A stretch of 64,000 nucleotides of DNA. It comes from an uncultured Gemmatimonadales bacterium (GTDB lineage: Bacteria; Gemmatimonadota; Gemmatimonadetes; Longimicrobiales; RSA9). Below are positions 59,471-64,000 of the stretch, piece after piece. Every line of letters starts with the position of its first letter. The first letter of the stretch is position 1. The DNA lies in NCBI GenBank assembly GCA_963798845.1, contig CAWCUS010000006.1, positions 832,001 to 896,000 of the forward strand, in the 5' to 3' direction. The notes under the pieces are model-generated. The model did no database searches. It was not told the DNA's origin and saw only the letters and a program-made list of their open reading frames with translations. The position numbers were made by a program, and so were the translations under genes.

Positions 59471-60748
59471 TTACTCCCCGGAGCGTACCACCCGGCCGCC
59501 CTTCATGACGAAGCGGACCTGGCGCAGCGCGGTTATGTCCTCCGACGGATCGCCCCGCACGGCCACGAGATCGGCCAGGCGCCCGGGCTCGATCACGCCG
59601 CGGTCGCCGAGATCCAGGATCTCCGCGTTCCCGGAGGTGGCGGCCCGGAGGACGTCCAGCACGGGCATGCCGTATTCCGCCATGAGCTCGGCCTCACGCG
59701 CGTTATCGCCGTGGCTGAAGACTCCCGTGTCCCCGCCCAGGCACATGGGCACGCCCGCGTCCAGTGCGGCGCGGAAGCTCTCGCGACTCTGCCGTATGCG
59801 CTCCGGCTCCGGCTTGCTGCCGGGAGTCCAGCCGCGGTAGCGGGCGACGGCCTCCGAAGCGGCGAGGGTGGGACAGAGCGCCACGCCTCGCTCCGCCATG
59901 AGGCGGAAAACCTCGGGGGTGCCGCCGTCGCCATGCTCGATGGTGGCGACCCCCGCGAGCGTCGCCCGGCGCATGCCCTCGGCCGTGGAGGCGTGGGCGG
60001 AGACGTGGCGGCCGCTGCTCTCGGCCACCTCCACCGCCGTTTGGATCTCCGCTTCCGTGAACGTGGGCATGGCCTGGCCGCCGGGACCCCAGCCGTAATC
60101 GGCATAGACCTTCACCCAGTCGGCGCCGTGGCCGATCTGATCGCGCACCACGTGCGCCATGGTTGGACCATCCGCCTCCTCGGCGCCCAGGAGCATGTCC
60201 AGTTCCGGCACGTACCCCTTCGGGCCGTAGCTTCCCGTCGCGACGATGGCTTTCGTCGCGATGAGCAGCCGCGGTCCTTCCACCACTCCCTTGGCGATGG
60301 CCGTCCTGAGGCCCGCGTCGGCGTAGCCGGCGCCCTCCGTGCCCAGGTCGCGGGCCGTGGTGAACCCCGCCATGAGCGTGGCCCGCGCGTGGTTCCCGGC
60401 CCGGAGCGTACGCTCCGCCCGCGACTCCTTGAGCACCTGGTCGTTCCACGCAACCTCGTCGTACGGGTGCAGGAACATGTGTACGTGGCCGTCGATGAGC
60501 CCCGGCAGGAGAGTGGTGCCGGGCAGGTCCGTCACGCGGGCCCCGCCGGCGTCGATCCGATCGGCGGGGCCGACGGCGGCGACGCGGTCGCCGTCCACCA
60601 GCACGACCCAGCCGGCGTGGATGGCGTGGCCATCGAACACGCGATCGGGCCGGAGCAGGATCTGTTGGGCGGCCGCGGGCCCGGCCGCGCACACGAGCGC
60701 GAACGGGAGAAGGAGAGACCGTCCGGGTGCGGCCGCGATCAGCTTCAT
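59471..60748 (-). CDS. Secreted amidohydrolase (Xaa-Pro dipeptidase-like)
   Basis: PGLIDGHVH, GFTTARDLG, AHA, IEHG, GGDTG. Confidence 0.88.
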   Translation of the reverse strand: MKLIAAAPGRSLLLPFALVCAAGPAAAQQILLRPDRVFDGHAIHAGWVVLVDGDRVAAVGPADRIDAGGARVTDLPGTTLLPGLIDGHVHMFLHPYDEVAWNDQVLKESRAERTLRAGNHARATLMAGFTTARDLGTEGAGYADAGLRTAIAKGVVEGPRLLIATKAIVATGSYGPKGYVPELDMLLGAEEADGPTMAHVVRDQIGHGADWVKVYADYGWGPGGQAMPTFTEAEIQTAVEVAESSGRHVSAHASTAEGMRRATLAGVATIEHGDGGTPEVFRLMAERGVALCPTLAASEAVARYRGWTPGSKPEPERIRQSRESFRAALDAGVPMCLGGDTGVFSHGDNAREAELMAEYGMPVLDVLRAATSGNAEILDLGDRGVIEPGRLADLVAVRGDPSEDITALRQVRFVMKGGRVVRSGE

Positions 60749-60939
60749 CACTCGAAACCTCCAGGTGTGGGCAGCGGGAAAGAAATGGGGACGTGGCGGC
60801 CCCTCGGCAACCTCTCCGCTGGTTCTGCTGTCGAAACTCTCGGATCCCACGGCCCGTACGTAGGACCGAGCGGCGGGAGGTGGTGATCGCCCGGCCTGGT
60901 GAGCAGGTCGGGCGTTCTCGCCTGACAGAAGAAGCGCCC

Positions 60940-63639
60940 ATGAACGCGATAAGACTTTCTGCATTCATTTCCGTCATCCTCTTCTCCAGCGTTGCCTCCG
61001 CCCAGGACAGCGGGGCGGTCGCCGCCGTTTCCGGCCGGCGCCCCGACCCCGGCGGCGACAAGGACGCGGTGCTCGCGCTGCGGGCGGAGCGGGTGCAGGC
61101 GCCGCCCACGATCGATGGGGACCTGAGCGATCCTGTGTGGGCGGCGGCCCAGGTCGCCACGGGGTTCACCCAGATGCAGCCGAACCCGGGCAACCCGGCC
61201 ACGCAGAGCACCGACGTGCGAGTGCTGTACGACGACCAGGCGCTCTACGTCGCCGCCCGCATGCACGACACCGCTCCGGACTCGGTGGTGGCGCAGCTGG
61301 GCCGACGCGACAACGAGAACTATTCCGACTGGATGTACGTGGGGGTGGACAGCTACTTCGATCGTCGGACCGGGTTCGCGTTCGGGTTGAATCCGCGGGG
61401 CGTGATGGTGGACGTGCTGCTGTTCGACGACACCGAGGATGACGAATCGTGGGACGCGGTGTGGGAAGGCGCAGCGCGCCGGGACCCGGATGGCTGGACG
61501 GCCGAGTTCCGGATCCCGCTGTCCCAGCTCCGCTTCAGGCCGAGTCCGGACGGCCGGGATCAGGTGTGGGGGATCAACTTCGTGCGCAAGATCGCGCGCA
61601 ACAACGAGCAGGACTTCTGGGCGCCGACGCTCCCGAGCGACGCCCGCGTGGTCTCCCTGTTCGGCGAGCTTCGCGGGCTCCGGAACCTGCATCCCCCGCG
61701 TCGCCTGGAAGTGATGCCGTATGCCGTGGCCAGCGCCACGCGCGCGCCGAGAGAGGATGGCGACCCGTTCTATCACTCCGTCGCTCCGTTCGGCGGAGCG
61801 GGTGCCGATGTGAAGGCCGGGATCACGTCCGACCTGACGCTCACGGCCACCATCAACCCGGACTTCGGACAGGTTGAGGCGGACCCGTCCGTGGTGAACC
61901 TGTCCGCGTTCGAAACCTTCTTTCCGGAGAAGCGCCCGTTCTTCATGGAAGGGATGGACATCTTCCGCTTCGGCCTCGGCATCGGCGACGGCGATCTCGG
62001 GAACGAGAGCCTCTTCTACTCCCGTCGGATCGGCCGCTCGCCCCAGGGAGACGTGGACGGCGACTTCGTGGACGCGCCGGAAGCGACCACGATCCTGGGC
62101 GCCGCCAAGCTGTCGGGAAAGACCGCGAGTGGCTGGTCGATCGGCGTGCTGGACGCCCTCACCGGCAAGGAGAGGGCACGGTCGGTCAGCGACGGTGAGG
62201 AGAGCACCACGGCGATCGAGCCGCTGACGAATTACGGCGTGGCGAGGGTGATCAGGGACTTCCGCGACGGGAAGAGCGCCATTGGCGGGATCCTCACGTC
62301 GACGAACCGCTCGCTCCCGCGCTCCGGCGAGCTGGACTGGCTGCGCAAGTCCGCGTACACGGCCGGCGTCGACGTGAGGCACCGCTTCGGTCCGGACGAC
62401 GCGTACCAGGTTTCCGGCTCGCTGGTCGGCAGCTACGTCACCGGCACGGCCGACGCCATCGACGAGGTGCAGACGGCGCCCGTCCACTACTTCCAGCGGC
62501 CCGACGCCGATTACCTGGAGTACGACCCCACGCGCACGTCCCTGTCCGGCACCGCGGGGAAGGTCGAGCTGTGGAAGCTGCAGGGCGACTGGCGGTTCGC
62601 GCTCTTCGGCATGAGCATCTCGCCCGGATTCGACGCGAACGACCTCGGCTTCCAGTCCAACGGCGACATGACGTTCAGCGGCTTCTGGACCGGATACCGG
62701 GAAAACGACCGGGGACCGGTGTTCCGGAGCTGGAACATCGGCTCCAACTTCTGGAACGGATACACGTACGGGGGCGACCGCGTCTCGCTTGGCGGGAACG
62801 TCAACGGCGGCTTCGAGCTCAACAATCTCTGGGGCTTCTACGGCGGCATCAACTACAACGGGTCGGCGCTCTCCACGTCCATGCTCCGCGGAGGACCGGG
62901 GTTCCTGCGCCCGACGGGGTGGAGCGCCTGGTCCAGCGCGTACACCGATCACCGCAAGCCCGTGCAGTTCGGCGTCGACTTCGGCGGGAACGTGGCGGAA
63001 GATTCCGGCGGCCGCGGCTACTGGTTCTCTCCCGGCATCACGATCCGTCCCTCCGACAACGCGGACTTCCACCTCGGGCCGTCCTTCTCGAAGGACCGCG
63101 ACCCGCTCCAGTACGTGGACGAGCAGGACGCCGACGGCACGCCGTACTGGATCCTCGGCACGGTGGACCAGACCACGGTGTCCATGACCGCGCGGCTCAA
63201 CTACACCTTCTCGCCCGCGCTGTCGCTCCAGTTGTATGCGCAGCCGTTCATCAGCGCGGGGACATACTCGACGTTCAAGTACGTGACGAACCCGCGGGCG
63301 GCGGAGTACACGGATCGGTTCCACGTCATCGGCGGGGACGAGATGGCGTCGTCGCTGAACGAAGATGGTGAGCTGGTCCACGCCATCGACACGAACGGTG
63401 ATGGCGACGCGGACTTCGAGTTCACCGACCCCGGCTTCAATTTCAAGCAGCTCCGGTCGAACGTGGTGCTGCGCTGGGAGTACCGGCCCGGATCGACCCT
63501 GTTCGTGGTGTGGAGCCACGGGCGCACCGACTCGTCCGACGACGGCCGCTTCCGCTTCGGCAACGAGGTGAGCTCACTCTGGAACGCTCCGGGCACCAAC
63601 GTGTTGCTCCTGAAGGTCAGCTACTGGTTCGGGGTGTAG
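60940..63639 (+). CDS. CBM9-like + DUF5916 outer-membrane protein
   Basis: PTIDGDLSD..W, WTAEFRIP, NPDFGQVEAD, PEKRPFF, LFYSRRIG, RWEYRPGS. Confidence 0.88.
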   Translation: MNAIRLSAFISVILFSSVASAQDSGAVAAVSGRRPDPGGDKDAVLALRAERVQAPPTIDGDLSDPVWAAAQVATGFTQMQPNPGNPATQSTDVRVLYDDQALYVAARMHDTAPDSVVAQLGRRDNENYSDWMYVGVDSYFDRRTGFAFGLNPRGVMVDVLLFDDTEDDESWDAVWEGAARRDPDGWTAEFRIPLSQLRFRPSPDGRDQVWGINFVRKIARNNEQDFWAPTLPSDARVVSLFGELRGLRNLHPPRRLEVMPYAVASATRAPREDGDPFYHSVAPFGGAGADVKAGITSDLTLTATINPDFGQVEADPSVVNLSAFETFFPEKRPFFMEGMDIFRFGLGIGDGDLGNESLFYSRRIGRSPQGDVDGDFVDAPEATTILGAAKLSGKTASGWSIGVLDALTGKERARSVSDGEESTTAIEPLTNYGVARVIRDFRDGKSAIGGILTSTNRSLPRSGELDWLRKSAYTAGVDVRHRFGPDDAYQVSGSLVGSYVTGTADAIDEVQTAPVHYFQRPDADYLEYDPTRTSLSGTAGKVELWKLQGDWRFALFGMSISPGFDANDLGFQSNGDMTFSGFWTGYRENDRGPVFRSWNIGSNFWNGYTYGGDRVSLGGNVNGGFELNNLWGFYGGINYNGSALSTSMLRGGPGFLRPTGWSAWSSAYTDHRKPVQFGVDFGGNVAEDSGGRGYWFSPGITIRPSDNADFHLGPSFSKDRDPLQYVDEQDADGTPYWILGTVDQTTVSMTARLNYTFSPALSLQLYAQPFISAGTYSTFKYVTNPRAAEYTDRFHVIGGDEMASSLNEDGELVHAIDTNGDGDADFEFTDPGFNFKQLRSNVVLRWEYRPGSTLFVVWSHGRTDSSDDGRFRFGNEVSSLWNAPGTNVLLLKVSYWFGV

Positions 63640-63838
63640 GCGGCGGAGGCGGCGGAGACGCGAGGGCCCACCCCCCGACCCCTCCTGGCTTCGCGGCCGG
63701 GCCAGGCGTTCGCGCCCACCTCGTGCCGGGGGTGCCCCGTCTGGTCACGCTCGCTAGCTTCAACGGCGGCGCCGATGCGGGCGCCGAGCGACGCAGCTAA
63801 CGCGAGGCCTGAGGGCGCGGGCCGATGGAGGCTTGAGG

Positions 63839-64000
63839 ATGTTCTCGGATTTCCAGGAGGTACGCCGCTACATCGCCGAGAGCGAGACGCGGATGGTGGA
63901 CCTGAAGTTCGTCGATCTGTGGGGACGGTGGCACCACGTGACCGTGCCCGCAGACCATTTCGACGAGGCCGTGATGGAGGAGGGGATCGGCTTCGACGGC
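63839..64000 (+). CDS. glnA: Glutamine synthetase type I (5' part only)
   Basis: Manual translation MFSDFQEVRRYIAESETRMVDLKFVDLWGRWHHVTVP..EEGIGFDG; RBS ggagg. Confidence 0.9.
   Translation, partial: MFSDFQEVRRYIAESETRMVDLKFVDLWGRWHHVTVPADHFDEAVMEEGIGFDG

Noticed and set aside
60748..63519. 923-aa minus-strand ORF and similar long antisense ORFs over hhyL, ntrC-like and cydA
   Set aside because: No motifs; in-register shadows of well-supported genes.
63740..63835. Possible glutamine riboswitch or ANTAR hairpins upstream of glnA
   Set aside because: Small GC hairpins are present but the consensus could not be matched by eye; an Rfam/Infernal scan would be needed.

Overview
GC-rich bacterial DNA; the gene families suggest Gemmatimonadota, which is inference. 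(1) 1-35.5 kb: a large exopolysaccharide / PEP-CTERM (exosortase-type) surface locus. It holds a sulfotransferase, ABC exporter, four glycosyltransferases, FkbM methyltransferase, CapK/PaaK-like ligase, Ig-repeat lipoprotein, VanZ, FemAB, XrtA-type deacetylase, two unrelated tyrosine phosphatases, DegT aminotransferase and a TonB-dependent receptor with an OB-fold lipoprotein. Its centre has two tandem modules of [sigma54 promoter + 4-TM 'WEFG' protein + translationally coupled PEP-CTERM protein + hairpin], facing a sigma54 activator, a soluble histidine kinase and two pseudo-REC/degenerate-GGDEF proteins with intact I-sites. (2) 35.5-42.5 kb: secreted hydrolases, a collapsed M1 peptidase remnant and a cytochrome c-Vgb fusion. 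(3) 42.5-59.3 kb: a group 1h high-affinity [NiFe]-hydrogenase cluster (no hypF in the window, Cys-free HhyE-position protein), DUF2332, a GCGAAGC mini-hairpin array and cydAB. (4) An amidohydrolase, a DUF5916 protein and the start of glnA. Several single-base frameshifts may be sequencing errors. No rRNA, tRNA, CRISPR or transposase was seen. All family calls come from motif recognition by eye, not database searches.
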